Of a DNA stretch of 64,000 bases, positions 49,954-62,904 are shown piece after piece. The DNA is taken from the NCBI GenBank assembly GCA_002269645.1, contig NIVC01002725.1, positions 62,001 to 126,000 on the forward strand. Reading direction: 5' to 3'. The stretch comes from Macrostomum lignano (lineage: Eukaryota). The first letter of the stretch is position 1. The number at the start of each line of letters is the position of its first letter. The notes below the pieces were generated by a model, which worked only from the letters and a program-made list of their open reading frames with translations, did no database searches and was not told where the DNA came from. The translations under genes were made by a program, and so were the position numbers.

Positions 49954-50125
49954 ATTGGCTCGTTAAACTAACACGCGCAGAGTGAATGCGCTGTGTTGCT
50001 ATTTTTAGCTTATTGGGTGGGAATCACCCCGCAGTTTCTTATATAAGGTCGAAACAGACAAACAAGTTGCTATTGGTTCAAAGCAGTCACGTGACAACTT
50101 TTTCAACCAATAGTAGTGTTCCACT
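49954..50125 (-). promoter_or_regulatory. Candidate promoter: TATA, several CCAAT boxes, CACGTG palindrome, CHR-like site
   Basis: CTTATATAAG 50038-50047; CCAAT/ATTGG at 49954, 50012, 50072, 50107; GTCACGTGAC 50086-50095; TTTGAA (minus) 50082-50077. Lies between the RhoGAP 3' end and the orphan gene. Confidence 0.55.
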
Positions 50126-51231
50126 AAAAAGGGAAATCAGATGAGAACGCTAGATTTTGTAAGATTTGACGAATTCGAATACTATACAAGTGAATGATGA
50201 ACATCGAGGCTACAAAACTTATCCGTTTAGTAGATCAACAAAAAGAGGAAAAAGCATTGCAACGGAACGGCAGTTAAACTGAAGTACAAACTACAGCATA
50301 CACACATATATCAAGCACTAAACAGCCAGACTGCATAAATGTAACTTCAAACTAGAAATAATCGTAAACAGTACAATCATTACAAACAGATATTAGATGG
50401 AAAATTACAAAGGCTATTAAAAAAGGGACATTGGACCCGAAAACGGAGAGTTAACGATTTACATTAAGGCAACAATATCCACTCGTAGATACAATTGATA
50501 TGCTCAATTTTTTGCTAATTATTAAAAAACCCGAACGCATCAGCGCTTGATTATTAATAAAAAATCGCTCGATCAAAGACGCGACGTGCATTAAGTAATC
50601 AGCCAAATAATTTCAATAGGTAGTCAAATGCCTTTGTTAAACATTTTTATAATAGAAAAAAGACAATTTTTTAAAAGTGCACAAAACGCAAAATAAATAG
50701 ATATGGCACCCAAAGTATTATTTTCAAAAAATAAGGAATGAACAAAGTTGAAGAATCAACCGCATGCTTATAACAAAATAGACTTATCTTATTTCAACGA
50801 GAACTATTTCGGAAATAGACAGATAGACTTTCTAGGCTAATATAAAATTGCGATATGTACGAGTTTTATTATGATTAGATAAAATGATTTGCTAAGCAAA
50901 ATTGGCGTTGTTGATCAAAATAACCATTAAAGCTACAAAGATATTGAGGCTACTAAGGAACTGTTTTGCATATAAGGTCAGAATTTATTGAGGCACAAGG
51001 CATGCACTAATTTGAATAGAATTGATTCACAATTCTCACATTTTTAACAGTTGTCACCGAGTAGAGCTTCACGATATGCGCTTATTACAAACAGAAACTC
51101 ATCATAGTTTGCGATGGCGATGTTGCACTCGTTATGAGATGGGTAATCCCAGGAGACTAAATATAGAATCAAAAGAATCCCAGAGTATCAGTATAAACCT
51201 CGGAATATTATAGAAAAGAACTTAAAAAAGG

Positions 51232-51960
51232 AATCATCAGAACTACAGAAGGAAATCCCCAGGAAACTACAGAAGGCAATCCCCAGGAAACTACAGAAGG
51301 GAATCCCCAGAAAACTACAGAAGGGAATTCCCAGAAAATTACAGAAGGAAATCCCCAGGAAACTACAGAAGGGAATACCCAGGAAACTACAGAAGGAAAT
51401 CCCCTGGAAACTACAGAAGGGAATCCCCAGAAAACTACAGAAGGGAATTCCCAGAAAACTACAGAAGGCAATCCCCAGGAAACTACAGAAGGGAATCCCC
51501 AGAAAACTACAGAAGGGAATTCCCAGAAAACTACAGAAGGAAATCCCCAGGAAACTACAGAAGAGAATACCCAGGAAACTACAAAATGGAATCCCTAAGA
51601 AACTACAATAGCGAATACCCAGAAAACCACAGAAGGGAATCCCCAGAAAACTACAAAAGGGAATTCCCCGTAAACTACAAAAGGGATCTCCCAAGAAACT
51701 ACAAAAGGGATTACCTAAGAAGCTAATAAAAAAGGGATTACCTAAGAAGCTAATAAAAAAGGGATTACCTAAGAAGCTAATAAAAAAGGGATTACCTAAG
51801 AAGCTAATAAAAAAGGGATTACCTAAGAAGCTTAAAAAGGTATTACCCAAGAAACTAAAAAAGGGATTACCTAAGAAGCTTAAAAAGGTATTACCCAAGA
51901 AACTAAAAAAGGGATTCCCAGAAAACTTCCAAAGAGAGTCCCAAAGAAACTAAAGAAGGA
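51232..51960. repeat. 24-27-bp minisatellite (GAAACTACAGAAGGGAATCCCCAG)
   Basis: Direct reading. Confidence 0.9.
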
Positions 51961-52356
51961 AATCCCGTAGAAAAACAATAGAGAATCCTGCAAAGGTATG
52001 AAACTAAAAATAGTATCTATATAAACTATTAAAAGTGTAGCATAGAGACACCTATGCATAGACTGTTAAGCTAACTACAATTGTAAAGCAAATAAAACTA
52101 CACTAGTAGTATATCAATTCGCTACGAGGCGATACTTTATACATGAAAGGCCATAAATACATTCGCAAGTACGATCAGAACACGGAATTTGCCAGCAAAT
52201 ATTAAAATTGATTTGTTATTAGCAAAGTCAGAATCAACCGAGGGCAAAGCAAATCGCTGGCTGTTGAGGCACAATTGCGGAGGGCGTGTTAACTTTACAA
52301 AGCCACTTTACAAAATTATATAGTCTGCAGTATCCACAGGACAGACAGCCGCAGGG

Positions 52357-55300
52357 TTACACGGTGGCATCCGACACCAGTCGACCAGCGCCGGCAGTCT
52401 TCCCAATATGTTGTCGGTGGTCCGAGTCGTCTACTAAATCGACATCGACATCGTCAGGCGAGGACGGCCTCGGATCTGGCAGCCGGTCCGACGATTGACT
52501 ATTACTAAGACGTCCCGAGTTCGAATCCAACAGATCGGCTTCCGCTTTGCGCAGTCGATCGTCCACGAGTTCTCGCTCATGCCGGAGATGTTCGAGATTG
52601 CTCTGCGATTCGCGGCTGAGTCGTTCGACAGTTAGGCTGAGCTGTTCGACGTCTTGAAGGAGACGGTCGTGTTGCTGCTGCTGCTGCTTGTCTGAAAGTT
52701 CCGGTTCGACTCCGTCTGTCAGGTCTGAAATGGAATATTGATATCAGCAAGGGATTTTGGCTTGAAATTTTATTCAGCACACCTATAGACTCTCAATTGA
52801 GCACTCCCATAGACTCTCAATTGAGCACTCCCATAGATTCTCAATTGAGCACACCCATAGATTCTCAATTGAGCACTCCCATATACTCTCAATTGAGCAC
52901 ACCCATAGACTCTCAATTGAGCACACCCATAGACTCTCAATTGAGCACTTCCATAGATTCTCAATTGAGCACACCTATAGACTCTCAATTGAGTACACCC
53001 AAAGACTCTCAATTGAGCACTCCCATAGACTCTCAACTGAGTACACCCAAAGACTCTCAACTGAGTACACCCAAAGACTCTCAATTGAGCACGCCCATAG
53101 ACTTTCAATTGAGCACACCCATAGACTCTCAATTGAGCACACCCATAGACTCTTAATTGAGCACTCCCATAGACTTTCAATTGAGTACACCCATAGACTC
53201 TCAATTGAGCACACCCATAGACTCTCAATTGAGCACACCCATAGATACTCAATTGAGCACACCCATAGACTCTCAATTGAGCACACCCATAGACTCTTAA
53301 TTGAGCACTCCCATAGACTCTCAATTGAGTACACCCATAGACTCTCAATTGAGCACACCCATAGAATCTCAATTGAGCACTCCCATAGATACTCAATTGA
53401 GCACTCCCATTAGATTGTAATTTAGTTCCCCTCACCCTTCTCAGCATCAGTCGCATCCGTAGCCTCATCCGTAGTCTCAGTCGCAGTCAGCTCTTCTCTC
53501 GACGTAGCCGCCGTTTCAGCCGATTCCGCAGCCAGGCGCCGATCAATCTCAGCGTCGATGTCTCTCTCGCGATACTGCGGCTGAGCTGCGGCAGCTCTAG
53601 ATGGTGGTGAGCCATCATCGTCACCAGCAGCCGCTGCCACAGCCTTCGCCTCTGTCATCAATTCGTGCACAACCTCCCTTACCCGACGTCGATCAGCCTC
53701 AGGATCGGGTGGTTGCTGCTGCTGAGGATTCGCTGTATCGGTATCGGTAGGATTAGCAGACGCTTCATCTTCAGCCTCCGACAGTTGAGGCACGCACTGA
53801 TCGGCAATTTCCCAATCGGTGAAGAGCCAGTCTCTGAACTGTATAATAGACTTAGTGAGTTTAATGAGCAGAGCTGAATGCATCAGCATATTCTCTTGGG
53901 TGCGCTGGCCAAACAGAGACGGAGCGAACACCATGGCTAGGTTATAAAACTGCATACGATTGTAGGCGCTATACTGGCTAACTAAACCAAGGTGATTAAC
54001 CAGGTATTGCAAGGTAAGCCGGTGACACCTGTGCTGCGGATGGTCAGTGTGCTCTTCCATAACGCCTAAGAGTCTGTGCAGCTTCAACATTCGATTCCGG
54101 TGATCGGATAGTTTCTGTGTAACGATGAATTCGTTATAATAGATAGCCGGTATCAGAGGATCGGGCAGTTGCAATAGGAACCGCTTGAGCACGCTAGCAA
54201 CAACATTGTATTCAAGCCACAGTTCACAGTTGGGATTCAGATCTTGCACAGGCTTGGACAGTTCAGCTTCTAGAGCTTCGATATTGCGAGAATTGCCGCT
54301 AATCCTGTAGATCCCTTCGCGTCTGATTGCGCCGCACTCGATGACCCGGCAGCACAGTTGCACTATTAAGGGGACACCGTTAGATCCCTTTGGGCAGCGG
54401 TGTAGCGGTAGGCCGAAACTGCCCGACGCTACCGCTGACACCGCGGGAGGCTCCGGTGATCGGGGCGGATTGTACACCAGGTGCAACGGCTGCTGCTGCT
54501 GTTGCTGCTTGGCGTCTTTGGCTCGCCAGAGTCTGTCGCCGAAATTTTTAAACAATTTCAAGCCGCTCTGCTTTGGCGAATTGCCCGATGCATCGTCCAG
54601 ACTGCCGGCGGTTGCCGCCGAGTGGAGCAGCATGAATTGCTGCTGCTGCTGCTGCTGCTGCTGCTGGGAGAGCTGGCGAACCTTGGGAAAATTGTGCAGC
54701 CTCTCCTAGAAGATGTTAAATGGTTACGAATAACTTATTAAGATGTTAAATGTTAAATGGACACGAATAACTTGGGATTCAACCGCTCTTAAGACCGCTA
54801 CCCTCCCTGATCCTTCAGTGCATGCCGCTAGACTCCCTGATCCTTCAGTGCATGCCGCTAGACTCCCTGATCCTTCAGTACATGCGGCTACCCTCCCTGA
54901 TCCTTCAGTGCATGCCGCTACCCTCCCTGATGCTTCAGTGCATGCCGCTACCCTCCCTGATGCTTCAGTGCATGCCGCTACCCTCCCTGATGCTTCAGTG
55001 CATGCCGCTACCCTCCCTGATCCTTCAGTGCATGCCGCTAGACTCCCTGATCCTTCAGTGCATGCCGCTAGACTGCCTGATCCTTCAGTACATGCCGCTA
55101 GACTCCCTGATCCTTCAGTGCATGCCGCTAGCCTCCCTGATCCTTCAGTACATGCGGCTAGACTCCCTGATCCTTCAGTGCATGCCGCTACCCTCCCTGA
55201 TGCTTCAGTGCATGCCGCTACCCTCCCTGATGCTTCAGTGCATGCCGCTACCCTCCCTGATCCTTCAGTGCATGCCGCTACCCTCCCTGATGCTTCAGTG

Positions 55301-57150
55301 CATGCCGCTAGCCTCCCTGATCCTTCAGTGTATGCCGCTAGACTCCCTGATCCTTCAGTGCATGCCGCTACCCTCCCTGATCCTTCAGTGCATGCCGCTA
55401 GACTCCCTGATCCTTCAGTGCATGCCGCTAGCCTCCCTGATCCTTCAGTACATGCGGCTAGACTCCCTGATCCTTCAGTGCATGCCGCTACCCTCCCTGA
55501 TGCTTCAGTGCATGCCGCTACCCTCCCTGATGCTTCAGTGCATGCCGCTACCCTCCCTGATCCTTCAGTGCATGCCGCTACCCTCCCTGATGCTTCAGTG
55601 CATGCCGCTACCCTCCCTGATGCTTCAGTGCATGCCGCTACCCTCCCTGATGCTTCAGTGCATGCCGCTACCCTCCCTGATGCTTCAGTGCATGCCGCTA
55701 CCCTCCCTGATGCTTCAGTGCATGCCGCTACACTCCCTGATCCTTCAGTGCATGCCTCTCCGTCTCTGACCCCTCAGTGCATGCCTAAAATAACCTGCAA
55801 GACTATAATAAAAGCTCCAATCAGAATTGATTTTACCTGTAAAGACTTCAAGCAACGATCGTCATCATCGTGCCGAAATGTCACCTGCCAATCAACGGTG
55901 CCTAATCGCAATTTTTTCCTCTTATAGCTGATTAGAGAATCGCGACCAACAGCTATGGTGAATTGCTGTTGCTGCTGCTGATACAGCTGCTGCGGACTGC
56001 TGTTATCTTTGCTTGCAACACTACCAGCAACTGGCAGTATGGTCAAAGAGGAAGAGCTGTCAACACGAAGATTTGCGTCAAACGTGCAGGGCAGTTGAGA
56101 GGCGGCGACCTGTTTTTTTATAAAGGCAAAAGCAAAATGCGATTGGATAAAGCGTGTTCACTGAAAATGTAAAAAAATTAATCCTGATAACTTTATTTTT
56201 GTCAACACTACTACTAGTAGTCAATAAATCAAATTGCCTAATTTTTCTATTCGGCAGTCCTGAAAGAAATAATGTTCGTTTAAACATTGAGTAAAAGGCA
56301 GGAGTAAAAATATATTCGAATCTTATTATACAATGCCTCGTCATCTTATTAGTTTTTTTAGATATTTTGCGAAGCTTTGGTATGGATAAATAGATAAACC
56401 CAACTACTTCAAGTAGCAAAGAAAGGAACAAAAACCTCACCTTGCCCTCGGGGCACCGTTCAATAGTGATATTGAACACCGCATTGATGTCCTGCTGTTT
56501 GTCATCAACTGAAGGCGGCGGCGGAGGCGAAGACATGCCTAACCGACTGTCCAGACCTTCAACAGATTGAGCTCGCCTTTCGTTGCTAGAGAACACTTTC
56601 TGTTGCTGTTCCATTTGCTGTCTCTGCTCTCCAGCTTTTAGAAGAGCATTCTTGACAACGGGCGTCTGCAGATTTGAAGGCGATGTTAAACAGATTTTTC
56701 TTTGAAAAAACTTAATTTTACAAAACCTGCCGTACGTATTAAATATGAATCCGTTCAATACGTAAATTACACTTTACAGTAACAAGTTCAAATACAGATA
56801 TACAGTTTAATAAACCTAGTTGCAGATAGACAGCTTGCACTAGTTATTGGACACAGTTTAAAAGCTCCATCGCTCTATCTAAAATTTGTCCTGATAGTAC
56901 TTTGAAGCTCAGTGCTGATCACCCCCCGAGTTTCGATTCGTTCAACGCATCAAATTATTGCCGAAGTAGTACCAAGGATAGCAAAAGCTGCTTAGAATAG
57001 CAAAAAGCTGCTGCGAAATCTTCAGTTAAAACTAAACAGGCTTGAAAGACGGATGCGACAGTTATTAGTGGATAGGTAGATGAGGTAGTGCAGTGTGTAT
57101 ATAGATATCAACGGATATATAAAGATAAATAAGATGGGCAGATAGAAAGT

Positions 57151-57206
<56 letters not shown>

Positions 57207-57227
57207 CAGACAGATAAATAGATAGAT

Positions 57228-57261
<34 letters not shown>

Positions 57262-57323
57262 ATAGATAGATAGATAGATAGACAGACAGAGAGACAGACA
57301 GACAGACAGACAGATAGACAGAC

Positions 57324-57354
<31 letters not shown>

Positions 57355-57399
57355 TAGAAAGAAAGATAGACAGACAGAGAGACAGACAGACAGACAGAT

Positions 57400-57450
<51 letters not shown>

Positions 57451-57451
57451 C

Positions 57452-57506
<55 letters not shown>

Positions 57507-57563
57507 GAGACAGATAAATAGATAGATAGACAAACAGACAGACAGAAAGACAGATAGACAGAC

Positions 57564-57598
<35 letters not shown>

Positions 57599-57691
57599 TA
57601 GAAAGAAAGATAGCCAGACAGAGAGACAGACAGACAGACAGACAGATAGAAAGAAAGATAGACAGACAGAGAGACAGACAGACAGACAGAT

Positions 57692-57738
<47 letters not shown>

Positions 57739-57767
57739 CAGATAGATAGATAGATAGATAGATAGAC

Positions 57768-57858
<91 letters not shown>

Positions 57859-57903
57859 TAGACAGACAGACAGATAGAAAGAAAGATAGATAGACAGATA
57901 GAT

Positions 57904-57934
<31 letters not shown>

Positions 57935-57949
57935 CATATAGTCAAATAT

Positions 57950-58018
<69 letters not shown>

Positions 58019-58033
58019 CAGATAGACAGATAG

Positions 58034-58064
<31 letters not shown>

Positions 58065-61000
58065 GAAAGAAAGACAGACAGATAGGCAGGTAGTTAGGCA
58101 GATAACAGACATATGCATCCAGCATCTAAAAGCTAAAAGCTATTGCATAAGCTACGCAACTTGCCGCATTTGCTATCGCTCGCGCAGTTTTAATGGAGCT
58201 GCGTGCATGCTGCAAAAAACCAGACTGGTCGCCTAATTGATAAACCATCTGATAACAATCAGATAGTTTCTGCACTACTAATACTTTCAGTAGATAATAA
58301 GTGAAAGCGGCATGCGGCCATTTGAATTAAAATCAAAACAAGAGAATCTGGTTGCAATTTATTGTTATAAGTTATTTGAATGCATTAATTATTAATCAGC
58401 AACTGTTTCACGGATAAAGTCAGCATATAATGATCAATATTTTTGATCATTTTCTAAAACAAACCTGATCCGCAGCGGCCCCTCAATGGCGTCAACGTTT
58501 GACGTTGTAGGGAATGACGAAAATTTACTAAATTTAGTGTTAGATTTCTGCAACAGCCTACTAACAGTAGACGGCGTTTGTAGAAAATTTGTTGTCAATT
58601 TTTCCGATATGAAGAGGCCGTTCTGCCGAACTATAGTCACCGACTGGGGCTTTAAAGAGTTGAGTTTGAGGGGATTTTGGGTCGGTTGTTATGGGCAAGA
58701 ATTAGATAGATGGTAATGCAAAATGCAAAGAGGAATAAGTTATAATCCATAAGTCTAATGAACAGCACCCTACATAAGCTAGAAATTTTAAAAGCTCGAA
58801 TTTTCGAATACTGACCTCGGCAGCTTTGAGCTAGCGAAAGTGACCAATACGATTTTAAGACCATGCAAAATTCCAAGCCCGTAAAAACCAACCCTCAAAT
58901 TACTATACAACACGTAAAATTTTATATAACTAATGAAGAAAAAGACAAAAAACCTACCGATTCTCCCAGCACATTTTTTAATTTTTGCACTTTCGGCGTA
59001 GATGCAATACTGTGCTGTTGCTGTCCGTGCTGATAATACTGTCTGTAATGCTGCTGTTGCTGATGCGGCTGCTTTTTCAATTGGTAGCGATTGGCGGCCA
59101 CTTCTTGTGAATTGCTTCTCGCGGCTCTGGCTGGCTTGGCCGCTGTAAAAGATGGGTTAAGATTAAAATGATGGATGGGGATCACAATGACGAATGGGGA
59201 TCACACTGATGGATGAGGATCACACTGACGGATGGGGATCACAATGATGGATGAGGATCACACTGATGGATGGGGATCACAATGATGGATGGGGATCACA
59301 AAAGATGGATGGGGATCACAATGATGGATGGGGATCACAATGATGGATGGGGATCACAATGATGGATGCACACTGATGGATGGGGATCACAATGATGGAT
59401 GGGGATCACAATGATGGATGAGGATCACACTGACGGATGGGGATCACAATGATGGATGAGGATCACACTGATGGATGGGGATCACAATGATGGATGGGGA
59501 TCACAAAAGATGGATGGGGATCACAAAAGATGGATGGGGATCACAATGATGGATGGGGATCACAATGATGGATGGGGATCACAATGATGGATGGGATCAC
59601 TGATGGCTGGGCTTCACACTGATGGATGGGGATCACAATGATGGATGGGGATCACAATGATGGATGGGGATCACAATGATGGATGGGGATCACAATGATG
59701 GATGGGATCACTGATGGATGGGGTTCACACTGATGGATGGGGATCATAATGGTGGGTGGGGATCACAATAAAAGATGGGATCACACTGAAGGATGAGGAT
59801 CACAATGACAGATGGGGTTCACACTGATGTATGGGGATCACAATGACAGATGAAGATCACACTGAGGGATGGGATCACACTGAAGGATGGGATCACACTG
59901 AAGGATGGGATCACACCAAAGAATGGGATCACACTGAGGGATGGGATCACACTGAAGGATGGGATCACACTGAAGGATGGGATCACACTGAGGGATGGGA
60001 TCACACTGAAGGATGGGATCACACTGAAGGATGGGATCACACTAAAGAATGGGATCACACTGAAGTATGGGATCACACTAAAGAATGGGATCACACTGAA
60101 GGATGGGATCACACTGAAGGATGGGATCACACTGAGGGATGTGATCACACTGAAGGATGGGGATCACACTAAAGAATGGGATCACACTAAAGAATGGGAT
60201 CACACTGAGGGATGGGATCACACTGAAGGATGGGATCACACTGAAGGATGGGATCACACCAAAGAATGGGATCACACTGAGGGATGGGATCACACTGAAG
60301 GATGGGATCACACTGAGGGATGGGATCACACTGAGGGATGGGATCACACTGAAGGATGGGATCACACTGAAGGATGGGATCACACTAAAGAATGGGATCA
60401 CACTGAAGTATGGGATCACACTAAAGAATGGGATCACACTGAAGGATGGGATCACACTGAAGGATGGGATCACACTGAGGGATGGGATCACACTGAAGGA
60501 TGGGATCACACTGAAGGATGGGATCACACTAAAGAATGGGATCACACTGAAGGATGGGATCACACTGAAGGATGGGATCACACTGAGGGATGGGATCACA
60601 CTGAGGGATGGGATCACACTGAAGGATGGGATCACACTGAGGGATGGGATCACACTGAGGGATGGGATCACACTGAAGGATGGGATCACACTGAAGGATG
60701 GGATCACACTAAAGAATGGGATCACACTGAAGTATGGGATCACACTAAAGAATGGGATCACACTGAAGGATGGGATCACACTGAAGGATGGGATCACACT
60801 GAGGGATGGGATCACACTGAAGGATGGGATCACACTGAAGGATGGGATCACACTAAAGAATGGGATCACACTGAAGGATGGGATCACACTGAAGGATGGG
60901 ATCACACTGAGGGATGGGATCACACTGAAGGATGGGATCACACTAAAGAATGGGATCACACTAAAGAATGGGATCACACTGAGGGATGGGATCACACAGG

Positions 61001-62620
61001 TTAAAGCTCACCCGACGTCGACGCCGAAGTCGCAACAACGGCGCCCTCCGCTTCAGCGTCGCCGTCCTCATCATCATCGTCAATGTCGCCGGGACCGCAG
61101 ATTGGTGCAGCTGGCGTCGCCTGTAACGGAGTCGAAGATTTCGACAGAGACCTCCTAGGCTGAGTGGCGTAGATGCCGCCACCGCTGCTGCTAGACTGCG
61201 GCAGCTGCCTCTGCTGCTTCTGATGTCGTCGTTGTCGTTCAGTAGTTGGCGATCCAGACGCCAGCACATCGACAATGGGATCCTCGTCGAACTCTCTTAT
61301 GTACATCGGCGAAGAGATTGGCGACCGTGCGGCCAGTTGGAGCGAGCGCGAACTGCCGGAGATTCGAGCGGCGCTTAACAGATCCGGACTGCTGGCGTTG
61401 GTGCTGGTGAGCACGGGCGAGTAGCCACGCTTGAGCACCACCTTGGGCGAGGGCGTTGCCAGGGCGGCGCGGTCGGGCGTGTACCGCCGGCCTTTCCGGA
61501 TGATCCGCGGGCCGGCTTCGTCACCCTCCGCGGCGTCAACCTCAGCGGAGATCGGGTTGTCTTCGACACTGTCGGTCTGCAGTAATTTTTTTAATTTCAA
61601 GATGTACTTTAATAGACTGCTAGGCAGGTATTCTTCCATGTAATGGGAGCTGCGCTCGATTAAAAATCTACACGGTGAGTGCTCAATTGAGAATATATGA
61701 GAGTGCTCAAATGAGAATATATGAGAGTGCTCAATTGAGAGTCTATGGGAGTGCTCAAATGAGAATATATGAGAGTGCTCAATTGAGAGTCTATGGGAGT
61801 GCTCAAATGAGAATATATGAGAGTGCTCAATTGAGAGTCTATGGGAGTGCTCAATCGAGAGTATATGGGAGTGCTCAATTGAGAATCTATGAGAGTGCTC
61901 AATTGAGAATCTATGGGAGTGCTCAATTGAGAATCTATGGGAGTGCTCAATTGAGAATCTATGAGAGTGCTCAATTGAGAGTCTATGGGAGTGCTCAATT
62001 GAGAATCTATGAGAGTGCTTTATTGTGAATCTAATGGGAGTGCTCAATTGAGAATCTATGGGAGTGCTCAATTGAGAATCTATGAGAGTGCTCAATTGAG
62101 AATGTATGGGAGTGCTCAATTGAGAATCTATGGGAGTGCTCAATTGAGAATCTTTGAGAGTGCTTAATTATGAATCTAATGGGAGTGCTCAATTGAGAAT
62201 CTATGAGAGTGCTTTATTATGAATCTAATGGGAGTGCTCAATGGAGAATCCATGAGAGTGCTCAATTGAAAATCTATGAGTGCTCAATTGAGAATAAATG
62301 AGTGCTATGGAAGAATCAATGGGAGAACGACAATAAATCGCAGAGCCATGGCATAGCCTACCTGACCGTCGTCGACATATTCAACAGAAACTGTGGGAGT
62401 GTTGCTAGCCGCAGCTGAACCTCTGCGGCGCGAGTGCTTACTTCTACGAGCTGTCGATGAGGCCGAAATCGAACCAGACGACGCCATGTCGTAGCAGGAT
62501 CTGCTCATCGCCAAGGAGCCGGTTGAGGAGCTGGAAATGCCAACCCCAGCACTGCCGTTGCTGGCGCCGCTATCGAAATCTGTTGGTCCTGTCAGCAGTG
62601 TGAAAGCGATGCTGCCCTGG
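52357..62620 (-). CDS. ARHGAP21: ARHGAP21/23 (RhoGAP19D/PAC-1)-like Rho GTPase-activating protein, 5' incomplete
   Basis: Exons 62620-62362, 61576-61012, 59142-58958, ~58643-58465, ~56699-56441, 56109-55837, 54705-53436, 52724-52357. RhoGAP domain FGLPLHRCP..PLIVQLCC..EGIYRISGN..NVVASVLKRF..LPDP..NLAMVFAPSL with the arginine finger intact, preceded by a degenerate PH-like region and followed by a coiled-coil last exon. One junction is uncertain and the subfamily call rests on recalled similarity. Confidence 0.8.
52780..53410 (+). repeat. 24-bp minisatellite (CCCATAGACTCTCAATTGAGCACA/T), last RhoGAP intron
   Basis: Period 24; internal palindrome CTCAATTGAG. Confidence 0.96.
54795..55780. repeat. 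30-bp minisatellite (TCCTTCAGTGCATGCCGCTACCCTCCCTGA)
   Basis: Period 30. Confidence 0.97.
57140..58085. repeat. Complex (GATA)/(GACA)n microsatellite
   Basis: Direct reading. Confidence 0.96.
59170..60997. repeat. 18/19-bp minisatellite (GGGATCACACTGAAGGAT) with higher-order blocks
   Basis: Direct reading. Confidence 0.96.
61672..62300 (-). repeat. 24-bp minisatellite, reverse complement of the 52780-53410 array
   Basis: GAGTGCTCAATTGAGAGTCTATGG is the reverse complement of CCATAGACTCTCAATTGAGCACTC. Confidence 0.95.
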
Positions 62621-62825
62621 CTGCAATGGTTGAGGAATTGCGACGAATTCGAAATTAGATTGGGACATGCTTTGTGAATAATTACCATGCGATAATGACG
62701 AATCGTGTTTTTAGTAGTGAGAATTTTTAACGATTGGCGCCTGCTCTTTATGGGACTTTACATCTGTCTGTCTGACTGTTTGCCTGCCTGCCTACCTACC
62801 TATCTGTCTATATATCTATTTACGT

Positions 62826-62903
<78 letters not shown>
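62826..62903. repeat. (ATCT)n microsatellite
   Basis: Direct reading. Confidence 0.95.

Positions 62904-62904
<1 letters not shown>

Noticed and set aside
45742-50125. XBP1/UPR gene hypothesis (KRRRL..SPE motif, near-ERSE CCAAT-N9-CCACT at 50107-50125)
   Set aside because: No bZIP leucine zipper, no IRE1 dual stem-loop intron was found, and the ERSE match is imperfect and oriented away from the gene.
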